Part shown: piece by piece, positions 26,001 through 40,487 of the stretch
Layout: each line of letters starts with the position of its first letter
Numbering within the stretch: the stretch's first letter is position 1
Origin: the human T2T-CHM13v2.0 reference genome, Homo sapiens
Direction: 5' to 3' (one strand)
Assembly: GCF_009914755.1 (NCBI RefSeq)
Contig: NC_060927.1
Length of the DNA stretch: 64,000 nt
Notes under the pieces: generated by a model
Database searches by the model: none
What the model was told of the DNA's origin: nothing
Seen by the model: the letters and a program-made list of their open reading frames with translations, nothing else
Position numbers and translations under genes: made by a program

Positions 26001-28006
26001 CTGAAGTATGTATTGATACAACTGATTATCCTTCAACAGAGTGAGTCTTTTCCTTCCGTCTTTTCCTTCCTTCCTTCCTCCCTCCCTCTCCCTTCTTTAT
26101 TCCCTCCTTCCTTCCTTCCAAATAGCATGCACTTCACATGTCAGTCTTTTAATAGACAAGGAAATAAATTAATAATTAAGAAAACTCAGTCATAGGCAGC
26201 ATGAGTGACCAATGACGAAAAAGCAATAGAAGTAGTATATATAGTCCTTTTATTGCTCCTCGAATCACACAATGAAGGTAGAGCCCTACTTTAGCTTAGC
26301 CCTGGAATTACTGAGCACTACCAGGGGAACCTACAGGCCAAGCCCCACTAAATAGTTTTTTTAAGGCAGGGAGTGGTAAGTGGGGAGATGAGCAAATTTT
26401 CGTTGGGCTTAAAAATGGGAAAATTAAGGATAACTGCTCTAGTAAATTACCAGTTGAGACAGAGGCATTTATTCTTTTACATCACTGCAATTTGGACTAC
26501 TACACAGCATTTTGATAAAATGTCCTAAACTGAAAACCGTATTCATCCCCTTATATTTTTTTTACTTGGTTTTGCAGAAAACCATTTCTCTCTTTCAATA
26601 TCAACTCTCAAGTTCTGCATCAAATTCCAGTTTTTAATATCATCTCAGAATTTCTATTTTTCAGAAAATAATGTTTGTAATTCTGTTTTCTCTCATTCTT
26701 TCTTATCCTTTGCTAAGAACTAGAAGATCTTGTCTCAGAGTAGATTGCTCAGTTCTCTCTAGTATATTCTCTGCTGCAAAGGATAAACTACACCTCTACT
26801 ACCAGGGAACATTAGACCACAGGTTTATTGATTTCTAGTTGTTTAGCCAGTGTCTCCTAGCAACTGTCTTATGAAAAAGGGAAAAAGAGTTTTTCAAGTT
26901 ATAGAATCTCTTAGACTGCAAAATAATATAGAACTTTAAACTCTTTCGGCAAACAAAAAGGCAACTATATCGAACACTAGAAAAAGGTAGAAGGAAACAG
27001 AAAACAAGAGTAGAAATGGAAGGTCTTTCCCACCTAAGCTCTGTATGGGTTTATCTCTTTTTATTGTATGTGTGCTATGATGGTCATGTTGTATAGACAC
27101 GTAGCTATTTTTCTGATGTTTTGTAGAACCAGGGCACTGGTTGATAGGTGAGGTCAGGAAGGAAACTGTAAACTGTTGGGAAAGGGACATGCAGTTACGT
27201 AATGATAAGGTTGGCCTCTGTGTTGGAGGGTGTCTCCGTGTATAGGGATGTAGTACTGGGTACTGCCTACTAAGATACAGAAAGATTCAAGAAGGAACAA
27301 ATATTTTGAATAAATAAATCAATAAGCTAAGAGAGTCAGATACAGGTTTTCAAATCAGATTTATCTCAGCAAAGAATTTCAGATTGATATTTACAGTCCA
27401 TGTATGGACTCTAGGGAGTTCATGAATTTTATTAATACACAAAATGTTTTGCATGAGTGTTTATGTGTAGTTTAATCATTAAGGTAATCTATGATTTACA
27501 TTAGATTCACAAGTGCCTATACAGCACACAACAGAAACATGACATGCATCTTCTGTTGATTTTTGTTAGTAGTGTGTTGGTTATATATTACAGACTTGTC
27601 TCAGCTATGCTATAGATATTAAATGAAAGGCTAGGACCAATGTATTAAGAGAAATCAAGCCTCGTGGGCATTATTGAAATGGAAGCATTATTAGTAGGAA
27701 AATCCACAGGGCAGGTGGGTCTCAGAGGCAGAGTGGCACTGTGGAGTTTAGTTATTCTTTCCCAGTAATAAAGTATCTTATCAGTGCCAGCCGTAGTGAT
27801 TTGGTGTTACTTTTACCCAAAAAGGTAGCTTTTTAAAATGAGAGGCTAAAAGGATTCCTGGACATAGTGAAATCCAAGGGGCTAGATTAAAATTATATGC
27901 AAATTAAAAGCCAATTGGCACCAGCTATTTTCTTTTAGCAGAGACCATGAATTTTTAAAATATTGGATCTACACTATAAATATAATAAAATATTATCTTA
28001 CCTCCA

Positions 28007-28327
28007 TGCTATGGTTTGAATGTGTCAGAAATGTAACCCCCAAAGCAACAGTGTTGGGAGGTGGGGCCTAATGAGAGGTGATTATGCCATGAGGGCAGAG
28101 TTAATGGATTAATACCATTATTTTGGAAGTGGGTTTGTTATAAAATAAAAAGTTTGGCCCCCTTTTCCTCTCTTTCTTCCTCTCTCACTTGCTCTTGATG
28201 ATGCAGCAAGAAGGCTCCTTGATCTTGGACTTTCCAGCCTCCAGAACTATAGGAAATAAAGTTTTTTTCTTAATAATCTACCTTATCTCAGGTGTTTTGT
28301 TATAGCTTCACAAAACAGACTAAGGCA
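28007..28327 (+). mobile_element. MST (MSTC/D-like) solo LTR
   Basis: tgctatggtttgaatgtgtc ... acagactaaggca. 5-bp TSD ctcca. Confidence 0.88.
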
Positions 28328-28535
28328 CTCCATGAAGAGATGATAATGAAAGTATCCTGGAAGCAACAATCGTTAGACTATCAAGGAAGTCAACAAACTA
28401 AGTTGCCTTAGTTTAGTCAACTATAAAACCCGGCTATTACCTTCTCTACCTACTTCAAGTGATAGCAATAAGGGTCAAATGCTTCAATAAATGTAAAAGC
28501 ATTTTATAAACACCAAAAGGTGTTTTGGTTATTAC

Positions 28536-28538
<3 letters not shown>

Positions 28539-28578
<40 letters not shown>
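28539..28578. repeat. (GT)20 microsatellite
   Basis: Read directly. Confidence 0.97.
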
Positions 28579-28580
<2 letters not shown>

Positions 28581-28866
28581 TCATGATTAGATCCATTGGG
28601 CATTCTCTTAGTGGAAAGGATAAATGGTTCAAACATTTGAAAGCACGATCTGGTAAAATAAATCATAAATCTAAAAATATATTCTGTTAGATTCAACAAA
28701 TCACTAAGAATGTATTTCAAAATTATATATCAGAGTACAATCAGATTAACATCAAAGTTGTATTTTTAACAAAGTCCATAGGTGTGATTTACAAGAACAA
28801 AAAACTGAAAACAACCACAATATTCTTTAGTAAGGAAATGGTTAAACAAGTAATGATAATAATATC

Positions 28867-29290
28867 TACTATGGTCTGTTTGGGCCTTTGAAAAGCTTTA
28901 AAAACTCTCTAAATTCTTCTAGGAAAAGAAGAGAATGTTTGTCTCTTCAAAATTCGTATGTTGAAATTCAAACCCCAAAGGTGATTGTATTAAGAGATGA
29001 GGCATTTGGGAGATGATTAGGTCATGGGAAGGGAGCAGTCATGAAAGGGATTATAGTCCTTATAAAAAAAGGCAAGAGACCCCTCATGCCTTCCCACCAC
29101 CTCCCATGTGAGGACACAGCAAGAAAGTACTGTCTATGAACCAGAAAGCAAGATCTCACCGGACACTGAATCTGCCAATGCCTTCATCTTGGACTTTGCA
29201 GGATTCGGAATTGTGAGAACTACACTTCTACTGTTTATAAACTACCCAGTTTATGAGATATTGTTACAATAACCTGAACAACGTAAGACA
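28867..29290 (+). mobile_element. MLT1A/B-like LTR with a 55-bp foreign insert near its 5' end, nested in an old L1M fragment
   Basis: tactatggtctg[insert]aatgtttgtctcttcaaaattcgtatgttgaaa ... ccatgtgaggacacagcaagaa ... taagaca. Confidence 0.85.
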
Positions 29291-32200
29291 ACAGGCAATA
29301 GAATTCTATGTAGCCATTACAAATGATCACATAGATTTATCTTCATTGACATTAAAATCTCTCCATATTTTTTACTGAAAAAGGAGAGTAAAATATGATA
29401 TGACCCAGTTTTCTTCTACATTAGCAGAGAAAAATACTAAAATATATATATTCCAAAATGTTAAAAGTAGAGAAGGGTCTTATAAAAGATTATTATACTT
29501 TTTTTCCTCTATACCTAATCCCCATTAATATAGTATGTGTGTAGATTGCTTTAATGAACAGAAAAAAGTGAATAAAGTTATTTTCATTTTGAATGAGAAA
29601 GAGAGTTTTTTAAGCTTTTCAAAGGCCCAAACAGCTCCCAGCAACCACTGTCAAGATTCAAGTGTCAACACAAGGAAGCACAAAATCTATAGTTTTATGT
29701 GACCTGAGAAGCACCAGCCAAAAACATTCATCAAAAGTTTGGCATGTTCTCTACAAACAGTAACATCAAAACAGAAACTTAATTTGATTAAATCATAGTC
29801 TGCTTTAAAACTTCCCTAGCAGAGATCAATTTATCAGATTAGGAAAGAAGAGTAGAGGCCTGAAGTATTGGATGGTGTTTAATAAGGGTTTTCAAAGAAA
29901 ATAGGAAACAGAAAGGGCTAAGCAGGAAGCCCCAGCAAGGTATACTGGAAGTAGCCTGCAGTTCCTTGGGGAAGTCAAGGACCTGACCAATAAAGTCAGA
30001 GAACTGGTAGTGTGGAAGAGGCAGAGCAGTGCAGGGACAGACAGCTGCTTCTCGACTTTGTCTTGCATGGATATGTTTATCAGTGGTAGGAAAGCCAGCA
30101 CCTTTCACGATTTATGGAATTTCCAAAGGCCAAGTCAACATTTTTTTTTTTTTTTGTTCTTCCCTCTTCCTTTTCTGACTATTGACATTTCCTGTTCCCA
30201 GGGAAATTCTCTTCATACTTTTACATAGAAAGAGAGAAAGACTGTTTACTGGAAAGATCAAAGAGCCATGCACTAGCAAGTTTTTCTCACATAAGACTTG
30301 AATTCCAATCTGTATGATAGTGATGTAAAGGAGGGGAGTGGGTTTTTGAGCCCTGAAAATGTGCCATCTCTTTTAATATAAATTATTTTATTTAAAGTTC
30401 ACTATTACCATAAGAAGTATGGGGGTCCTCTTTTTTTTCTTGATGCTAAAACCAATGTATAATGAGGTTCAGTAACTTACTCAAGGTCACTTGGATCACA
30501 TATAGTATAAAAAAATTTCTGATCTTAGTTGTGACTACAAAGCCAATGAGCTTTCATTCATTAATCCCATAATTCTCATCAAGTGACTACTGTATGCCAA
30601 TCACTACGCTAGGTGCAGGGACTATATAGCCATGATGTTTGTCTTCAAGAACCTCATAGAGCAGTTGAAGAGTCAGTGAGGACAGTGTTATGAAATATTT
30701 GGAGCTATACATTAACCAGGTTCTTCATATAATTTTCTATAATTATTCAGGAGTACTAGTACTGATTGTTATTAGAGCTCTATTTTACAAATACTTAAAG
30801 TGAGAAAGTCAAATAATTTCAGTGAGATCACAAATGGATTGGGAGGCCCTGAATTATGACCTTTTATCTTTAGCTCTCTTCCTACATAACATACCCCCCT
30901 TTCCATTTTTGTGACATTTGTGGGTAATATACAAATCAGTAAATGCATGAAAACCCAGATTATTTTAACTTTTATATTACATGTGCAAAACATGTGCCAA
31001 TTTGTTTTTTAAGGTAAATGTTGATAAATTTTATATTAATGCTCACATAAATTTGCAATTTGATCTAAAGAAGCTTAGCTCAAGCTGTAAATTTGGATTG
31101 AAACACATGACACTTAAAAAAAAACCTTTAGTTAGGAAAAATTTGAAAATCCAAGGAACTTGTTTTAACTTAGCAAGTAAGCACATTAACTGGCATTTAA
31201 AAATATAGAAACAATTATCATGCAGAGTCATGTCAATGTGGACGATGCTCACTATACTGAATTACAGATTAGTCAGACTATGTCCCTATTGCAAATCTAT
31301 AGCTTGGATTGCACAATGTTTATAACATTATAGAAAAATGCTATATAATTAGGTGTGGCTTCCTTAAACAATAGAGTAAAATAGAAAGAGAATATTTGTG
31401 TCATATTTGACTAACTTTTACCTATGGAATTAATCTCTTTCTTTCCTTTAGTCTTTTGGTATGTTTTGTTTTGTTTTGTTTTAAATTCTGTATCTGCTAT
31501 CCTAGGAACCCTGAAAAGAAGATATGAGATTTTCAAACAAGAGGACATCCATTCCTATCTCTGTATAAATGAAGAACTAAATAGGGAAGCAGAATAAGAA
31601 AATAAAAGCCTAGAGGTTCTTGTCATTTTCCCTTTTGCAAGGCCTAATGTACAGAGGTGAAATATAAATGAAGGTAGGGACCTGGATAGCACCCTCCCCT
31701 CCTGAATTCATAGCTGCCCCTCATATCTGCCTGTCATGTTGGTCAGGGGTCCCCACTGTGAAAGTTCTGAACTGAATATTAATGGCACTCAAAACCCAAC
31801 TCCGTTTCCTTTCCTTTTACTTCTAAGTTCTGAATTCATTAGTATCTGGGGCTCACTCAGTACCCAGCAGCACTGTACAATGTATCCAAGTTAAAAATTA
31901 AAACACAATAAAGGTGCCTTTGAATGGTAAGTCCACAATGTTGCCCACATAGATGGATTGTTAGAAATCACACCTAGGAAAGAAAAAGAGAAATCACGTA
32001 TAGAATCTTATTCACTATTTCATATACTCCTTTTCTGTAGTGTCTGCTAGAATGAAAGCTACTGACTTTTACTTAGACTTCTTACCATTCACCAAGGGCA
32101 GTATGGAGCCTGACACCAGAATCAACACAGGCCTGAAAAGCCCCAGAAAGGGCAGGAGAACTTTCCAGCTGCTATAAGATAAGGTACTTACTTAGTAGCA

Positions 32201-34142
32201 CTTCCTAAACCCAAACTGCTAGTGTGATGTGTCTAACTGCTCGGTGTCAGTACCTTGTCAAAGAGATGGCTACTACTTGATATGTTTTTAATTTGCAGCT
32301 TTGTGGTGTTACTTGGGAATTAGAAAGCCTTTTAAAATTATGTAGTCATTTTCCCTTACCAAACTAGTTTTAATTTCCTGCAAGTTGTGTGCAAAGTGTA
32401 CACAGGGTGAATGTCAGTTTGGTGCTCAAAGGCTAGGGAGAAACATCACGCAGGTTGGCAATTTAATCACCACCATCCAGTTCAAGATTCCATCAGGCTT
32501 GTGACTTCCCAAGTTCTAACCATCTATTAAGCTGTACAACTTTTACAAAGGCAGAAAGGAAAGAGGGGTACATGCTGAGGAATGATGTATTGGAATTGTA
32601 AAGCTAGGACAGCACAAAAACCCCATAAATATTCTTCTTAATGTTTTACTTTATATGACAGCCTTCGAGTGATATATTGTCTGACAATTTTCAAGATGGC
32701 TATATAAACACATTTTTTTTGCTGCAGCCTAATATAGATGAAGTCTCTGCAGGCTAATATATGGGGCCAGGGTGTGTTCTAGTGTACACATTCCTGATAG
32801 TAAAGATTTCTGTACCTAAATAGCTCTGTCTTTATACAGTAGGTTTCTTCTTAGCATCAAAAAGCAAAAATATATGAAGGCAAAAAAAAAACAGTCAATA
32901 ATGCTATATGGCACTATATGGCATGGGTTTCTATTCTTATACAACTAGCTTATCCGTGATTTTCTGCGTAAACAGAACTCACAATATTAGAATCTCTTTT
33001 CTCATCTTTATGGGCCTCTATACCATAGCCAAAGTTTTGATAGTGCCTTTTAAACTAGACGTTTAAAATTAGACAGATGTTTAATTTTTCTTGGTAAGGC
33101 AGCCATCAAAGATAATAAAAGTATAATAACCTTGCAGAAAGACTCCTAGGGATAACTGAAATGAGATACTATATTATAATACAAACAAGTGTTTCTTATT
33201 CTGCTTCTGAAAAACTGCTAGAATCTGATACTTTGCATAACTCTAGCCCGAGTTTTGCCCTGCAGCATAATAGTGGAAAGAAGGAAGCTATCTGGAAACA
33301 ATAAAATAAAGGCTAGAAAGAATAATCCTAGGGTAGATGTCATAACTCAAAGGGAAGAGGGTGTAAAGTTAAAATCGCTAGATCTAATGTAACACAGTGA
33401 ATCCTCCAGGCTAGATCTGGTTTCCAAAAGGTCTGCTTTAAAGGAAGAAAAGCAAGAAAGGTCAAACAGGGATTGGTTTAGTATCTGACATTAGGTGAGG
33501 GAACTGAGCCATGCTGTCAGGGAGTTCCACGGGGATTAAAGCAGAGCCGCAGCCGGTAGCCGAGGATGCAAAGAGTAGGAACTAGACCCTGGAGGAAGAG
33601 ACCTGCGGGAGCAGGAAGGAGGGGAGAGCCCTAGAAAACTTACCTTGTGGTTGAGGTTTATTACAAGGGGCCCAGGAGGGCAGGCAGCTCAGAAGAATGG
33701 AATAGAAATGCAGAGGGAAGAAGGGGGAGGGTGGTTAGAGAAAGAAAGCTTAGCTTGAAGCTGATGTAGTCCTTGGGAGAAGAGACACCTGGCATGGGGC
33801 TACAGACTAATTTTCTTATTCCTGCTGGTGGAGAATTAGTTTCCAATATACCACCGGGCCTGAATCTTAATGATTCAGGCATTAGGCAAAGCTGAGCAAT
33901 CTGCTGGGAGCTCTTCAGTAGCCACAGCTGGGAGTGCAGTGGCAGGAACTGACAAAGAAGTCCATACATAGTGGGAATCTTTTTTATTTTAGGAAATTTA
34001 AAAGAAATGGGAGAATCCATTTAAAGGGACACATTTTATGCTTCAAGAATACATAAAACTTAACTATTTAGAGAAAGAGAATATGTGCAGTGATTTTCTA
34101 TGTGTGTGTGTGAGAGAGAGAGGGAGAGACAATCTGTGCCAT

Positions 34143-34657
<515 letters not shown>

Positions 34658-35456
34658 AGAGTAATTTTTAAAATTCAATTGCAAATATATAAGCCACATG
34701 TGCAAGAATTATTCTGTAAGGTATAACATGCATTCATTCTGGTTGGACCACACTTTTAAATAAAATGTTTTCTAGGGAATGTCTTATGCCAGGTCTCGAT
34801 TCTGCTTTTAATATCAGGGGAAAAAAATGTGATATTTTGAGCACTTTCTCACTTATAAAATAAGAATTTAGGGAGAGGAAGGTGTAGAAGTGCTAAAAAT
34901 ATTATCTCCAAGGTCCCTTCCAACTATAATATTCTGTAACCCCAAGACTCACTCATTCTTGTAGCACGTAGACACTACCAAAGGATATACCTTGAAGCAA
35001 AAGTAGCCTATTTGTGAAAGGACTGTTGGAACAGAAACTTTGATGTTTATTTGGTTCCTGGGTGTAGTTAGCCAATCATGAGAAATGTGCAACCGCTCCC
35101 AGGTCTTTCAGATCATGCACCTGTCAGGAAGATGGTGGAGTTTACTTCAGAGAAGACAAATTCCTCTAATAACAAATCAGATGCATTTTGTATTAATTTA
35201 TATTAATTGAATCAGAATCTCTTTTGGAAAGGCAGATGTTGGAAAGCCTAAGCTAGAATAACTGACTGATTTGGTCAGGATGCTTCCTAATCCCATCTAG
35301 GCTGCTCAAATTAACATAGCATCAGTTTTGTTTGTTAAAATGAGCTCAGTTTCCCGAAGGTCTTTGAAGAAAAAAAAAAATGACTTTTCTAGCACCAAAG
35401 CTGACAAACACTATGTAGATATTGATGATTTGCATTTATTGGATCAATTAAATATA

Positions 35457-36631
35457 CAGTCACGCATTGCTTAACAATGCGAGTACAGTCTGAGAAATGT
35501 GTTGTGAAGCAATTTTGTCATTGTGTGAACATCATACAGTGTACTTACACAAACCTATAGGGTAGAGCCTTCTATACATATAGGCTGTATGGTGTAGCCT
35601 ATTGCTCCTAGGCTACAAACTTGTACAGCCTATTAATGTACTGAATACTGTAGGCAATTGTAACACAATGGTAAGTGTTTAAGTATCCAGACATAGAAAA
35701 AAAACCCATAAAAATACAGCATAAAAGAAAAAAATGGCATACCTATATAGAGTCCTTACCATGAATGGAGCTTGCAGGACTGGAAATTATGCTGGGTGTC
35801 AGTGAGTAGTGAGTGAATGTGAAGGCCTAGGACTCTACTATTCACTACTGAAGACTTTATAAACACTGTACATGTAGACTACATTACATTTAAAAATGTG
35901 TCTTTCTTTCTAATTAACCTTAGATTACTGTAACTTTTTCTACTTTATAAACATTTAATTTTTAAAAATCTTTTTAACTCTTTTGTAATAGCACTTAGCT
36001 AAAAACACAAATATATTGTATAGCTGTACAAAAATATTTTCTTTATATCCTTATTCTATAAACGTTTTCTATTTAATTTTTCTTTTTAAGCTTTTTTGTT
36101 AAAAATGAAGACACAAAACACACATTAGCCTAGGCCTACACAGGGTCAGGATCATCAATATCACTGTCTTCCACCTCCACATCTTGTCCTGCTGGAAATT
36201 TTCAGGGGCCATAACCCACATGGAGCTGTCATCTCCTATGATAAAATGGCTTCTTCTGGAATACCTCCCGAAGGACCTGCCTGAGGCTGTTTTACAGTTA
36301 ACATTTATATAAGTAGAAGGAGTGCACTCTAAAATAAAATTTTAAAGTGTAGTATAGTAAATAAACCACTATCATAGTCGTTTATTATCATTATCTATTA
36401 TTATGTACTAAACAGAATTGTATGTGCTATACTTTTTTGAGACAGGCAGACAGTAGGTTTGTTTATACCAGCATCACCACAGACATGTGAGTAGTGTGCT
36501 GTGCCGCCACATCATGATGGCTTCAGCATCACCAGGCCACAGACATTTTCAACTCCATTGTAATCTTATGGGACCACTGTTATATATGCGGTCTGTCATT
36601 GACCAAAACATTGTCAGGGGGCACATGAATA
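35457..36631 (+). mobile_element. Tigger3b (Golem)-like DNA transposon
   Basis: ta|cagtcacgcattgcttaac...tctgagaaatgtg ... aatcttatgggaccactg...gaccaaaaca; ~1.2 kb. Confidence 0.85.
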
Positions 36632-36639
36632 AGAATGTG

Positions 36640-36797
36640 TTAAAATTATAATATCTTGGATATGTTGGTTAAATAAAATACGTTATTTAAATTAATTTTC
36701 TCTTTTTAAGTTTTTCTTAATGTGACTCTAGAAAATTTAAAATTACATATAGGGCTCACATGTGTGAATTACATTAAAATTTTGTTGGACAGCACTG
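36640..36797. mobile_element. MER3/MER33-like hAT-Charlie fragment
   Basis: ggatatgttggttaaataaaata ... ctagaaaatttaaaattacatat ... ttggacagcactg. Confidence 0.7.
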
Positions 36798-37199
36798 ATC
36801 TATATTCTGCTTGAGACAAAACAAATTAACCAGAAACCCATAAGATAATATAGTAAGTGCCGAAAGAAGCCACAAGTCAAATATAATGGAAATTGGGAAA
36901 GAGTATAAGTCATCAGGCAGGGATTTTCCCAACTCTCTGCCCAGCAAACCTGTGCATTATGAGAAATCCACACCTAACTTTCGGAATCTCCTGTTGGCTA
37001 CAAATAAGTAATTAACCTCTTGCCTAAGAGTAATAGTTTGTTGTGCTTTGCTTTCTTTCCATAGACATACTAAATAAGCGTTTATCCCTCTCATGTATTC
37101 CTAATCTTTCTCCTGTACCTTCCTCTGGACTGTCCAAACATATTATTTCTCTCATAACGTAAAACATCCTTTTCTCAACCCATATTTACCTTTGGCTAC

Positions 37200-38222
37200 C
37201 AATGTCTTTTTTTCCATCCCTTCACAGCCAGTCTTCTTATAACAGTTCTCACTTGCAGTGTTACCATTTATTTCTCAGTCTTATCTCAACCCAAGGCTGT
37301 CTGGCCTCACTAGTCCATTGAAGGTGCTTTTATTTTTAGAGCTCCCAGTGATTTTGTTTTGGCTAAATCCATTGGGCATATTTATTTCTCATCTTACATA
37401 ACTTCTTAGGAACATTTAATTCTTGACTAGCCTTACCTTGTGTCTTGCCAGACCAGCCTTGTGTCTGGCTGATATGCTATCAGATTCTTCTGGTTTTTCT
37501 CCCAGTTCTCTGGCCATTCTTTAGACTACCTCACCATTCCTTAATTACCAATGCATTCCTCAGAATTGTTTTAGGGTCTCATTTTTGCATACTCATCTTG
37601 AGTGATAGCCACACTCTGTTATTAAGTTAGTGACCAACAATATATGGAAGATTCTCAACTACAAATTTTTTTAACTAAATCTCCCTTTTTTCTTGACCTG
37701 TAAATCCAAATTTCTTTTGGATAAACTTTCCCACCATTGCTCAAAAGCAACTGAAATAATCTCCTACTTTCCTCCCAGTGTCAGCTTTCATCACTTCTTT
37801 CATTCATTTTATGCTCGGATTATTTGGAAATTATGTGTATTCCTCAAATATGCTGTGGCTTTTCTCCCCTTTGGGCCTTAACACATGTTTTCCATCTGCA
37901 TGGAGCCTTCCTCCCTCTTCCTTATTCCTTACCCTGGCATATAGTAAATTCTTATTCTAGCTTTGGCAAAGATATCACTTTTTCTCAGAATCATTCTTTC
38001 ATTGCTCAAGACTGGTCCAAGTTCCCTTTTTATGTGTCCCCATAGAACCTTATACTTCCTCCATTATGGCATTCTTTATGCTTTGTTGTATTGGTCTGTC
38101 TCCTCTCCCTGGGCTTTAAAATTTCTGAAGGAAGGAGCCTCCTATTTCCAGATTAATCGCCATTGAATTTCCAGCAACTAATGCTGTACCTGACTTACGG
38201 TGGTTTATCAATAAAAGTCTGT
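37200..38222 (+). mobile_element. L2 (degraded)
   Basis: gctaaatccattgggc; pyrimidine-rich L2 body; 3' end tcaataaa. Confidence 0.55.
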
Positions 38223-39719
38223 TGTCCATGGAGAGAAGAAAGGAAGGTCAGAGGGACAGAATGAATGATTTTCTGGCAGAGATGGCATTTGAGTTAAATC
38301 TGAAAGATGACAAAATTTCGTCGTTTGAGGAAATGTTATTTTAAAAAATGGAAATAACAAAAGCAATTTGTAAAACATTGACAGGAATACGTAAAATACT
38401 TTTTAGACCCTATTGGAAGTAGATCAAACATATATGGAAGGAATAATATACTAGAAAGAAATCTTGTTATGACAGACCTTGAATGCCAAGCTAAACTTGT
38501 ACTTCATTTTTAAATTAATGGAGGGCAATCAAAGATCATAACAAGTTTTTGAGGAAAAAAAGGCATGATTCGTGATGTTCATTTTTAAAAAGTAAGTAGT
38601 CATATATAGGATAAATAGCAGTGGAAGATTTTGATATCTTTATAATAGCAAAAGCTAAACTCTGTCACTATACTTTAAATATCTGGGATGATGGAAAGTA
38701 GAAGGAAAAAACAGAATGGGTAATGAAGAGAAACAAGAAGGCTTAGTGTCTGTATGAGGGCAGGCTTGATTTTAAACAATTGAAATCAAGCCAGAATAGG
38801 CCTTGAATCTAAGCCACAATTATCTGCAAGCATAAATTATCACTAGGAACTTCATAATCCTGATAATGTGTAAATACGGCCACATGGGTTTGCGAAAGCA
38901 AACAGTAAAACTGGTTTATAAGTGTCTCCTGCAGTTGAATCAGCAGAGAGAGCAATGATTTTTTTCTTATTTGGGACAAGAGAGATAAGTCTACAAAGGG
39001 CAAGCTAAGTATGATTTTCATCTAGGCACTGGGACTGTAGAATTGATGAATTCTCAGAAAATGGAAAGTGTTGGTCTTTCTCCCTTGAAGGATGAAGGGA
39101 AAGATGAAATAGCTTTGAATAGTCCATCATCAAAGACAAGCCATTTTCTATATATCCTCTTGAAAATCAAACCATCATGTAGGGTTGTATATAGAAGTTA
39201 CTGGTTTGGATTAAGTACAGCAGATTACAGGAAGTGGCAAAAACTGTCAAGGGTCATTCAAAAATGTAACTCTTCTCAAAAAAATGTTGCGGTGCCCTGT
39301 CCTCCTCAAACAGGCATTATGTATGCTTCAAAATGTTTACCCTTAAGAAGTCATCTCTTCATTTTCATGAGGTAAGGAGCTTCAGGCTGCTGCATAGAAA
39401 AGGAGAGAGGAAGCAGGAAGATCCTACCCCATGTTGAAGTGTTTTGTGCTTAATTTCAAATTAGCTGTCTTAAAATGCATATTATAGAGACAGCTTAAGG
39501 AGGGCATTTTGCTGCAAGCTAATGTACAAAGAGACACAAGGATCAGAGGACACAGCAGGCAGCCATAGAGCCTGTGTTCTAGTATTGTTTCTATTTCTGC
39601 CACAAATGTTTTTGACCGAGGGTGAGCTAAGTAGAAAATCTGAGCCTTTGTTTTCTGGTTTGAAACAATAGCACTCTTATAGCTGCACAATGTTCAAGAT
39701 TCATCTAGATTTCACATTA

Positions 39720-40487
39720 TTGTCTACTTAAAAATTTGTCTGGTCTTTGTTCTGGGTTCCTGGCACAGAGCTTCGAAAACTCTTGGAATTTCCTGAATGA
39801 TAGAAGTACCTTGGTTATTCACGAGCCCTTTGGCTCACACCTGAGTTTACACTGAGACTCATGGCAGGCCCTAACATAGCTTCAGGATGGGCCTGGTTAT
39901 CAGAAAGATAAACCATATGATGACAGAGTTGGGACTTTGGACCAGCCTGACCTCCAGGCAGAGGAAGGAGGCTAGAGATTGAGTTTAATTAATTATGTCT
40001 ATGTAATAAAGCCCCGATAGAGACTCAGCACTGAGGCTCAGTGAAGCTTCCTGTTTGGTGAACACACTGTTGTTCCAGAAAGGTGATGTATCCTAATTCC
40101 ACAAGGAGAGGACACAGAGGCTTTGCATTTTAGACCCTCCCAAACATTGCCTAATGTGTCTCTTCATTTGACTGGTCCTGAATTTTATCCTTAATAATAA
40201 AATTATAAACACAGTACTTTACTCATAGTACTTTATTCTAATTATAAGCATAGTACTTTACTGAGTTGTGCGTGTTGTGATAGTGAATTATCAAACCTGA
40301 GAGGCCCAGGCGACCTCCAGATATATAGCCATTCAGTCATAATTACAAGCGGCCTGTGGACTCCCAGTGGGCATCTGGTTTCTAAAGTAAAGGCAGTCAT
40401 GTTGGGGACCATGGCGTTAAACCTCTGGAATCTGACACTAACTCCCCATGTTTAGGGTCAGAATTAAATTGCAGTACACCACTTGTC
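39720..40487. mobile_element. MER21 (MER21C-like) LTR
   Basis: tggtctttgttctgggttcctggcacagagcttc...cttggaatttcctga ... gtcagaattaaattgca. Confidence 0.75.

Noticed and set aside
28397-28416. 8-bp stem hairpin aaactaag/cttagttt
   Set aside because: Short and AT-rich; expected by chance.
40200-40262. Short repeats aattataa.ca.agtactttact resembling a spaced array
   Set aside because: Only 2-3 degenerate copies inside an LTR; ordinary tandem slippage, not CRISPR-like.
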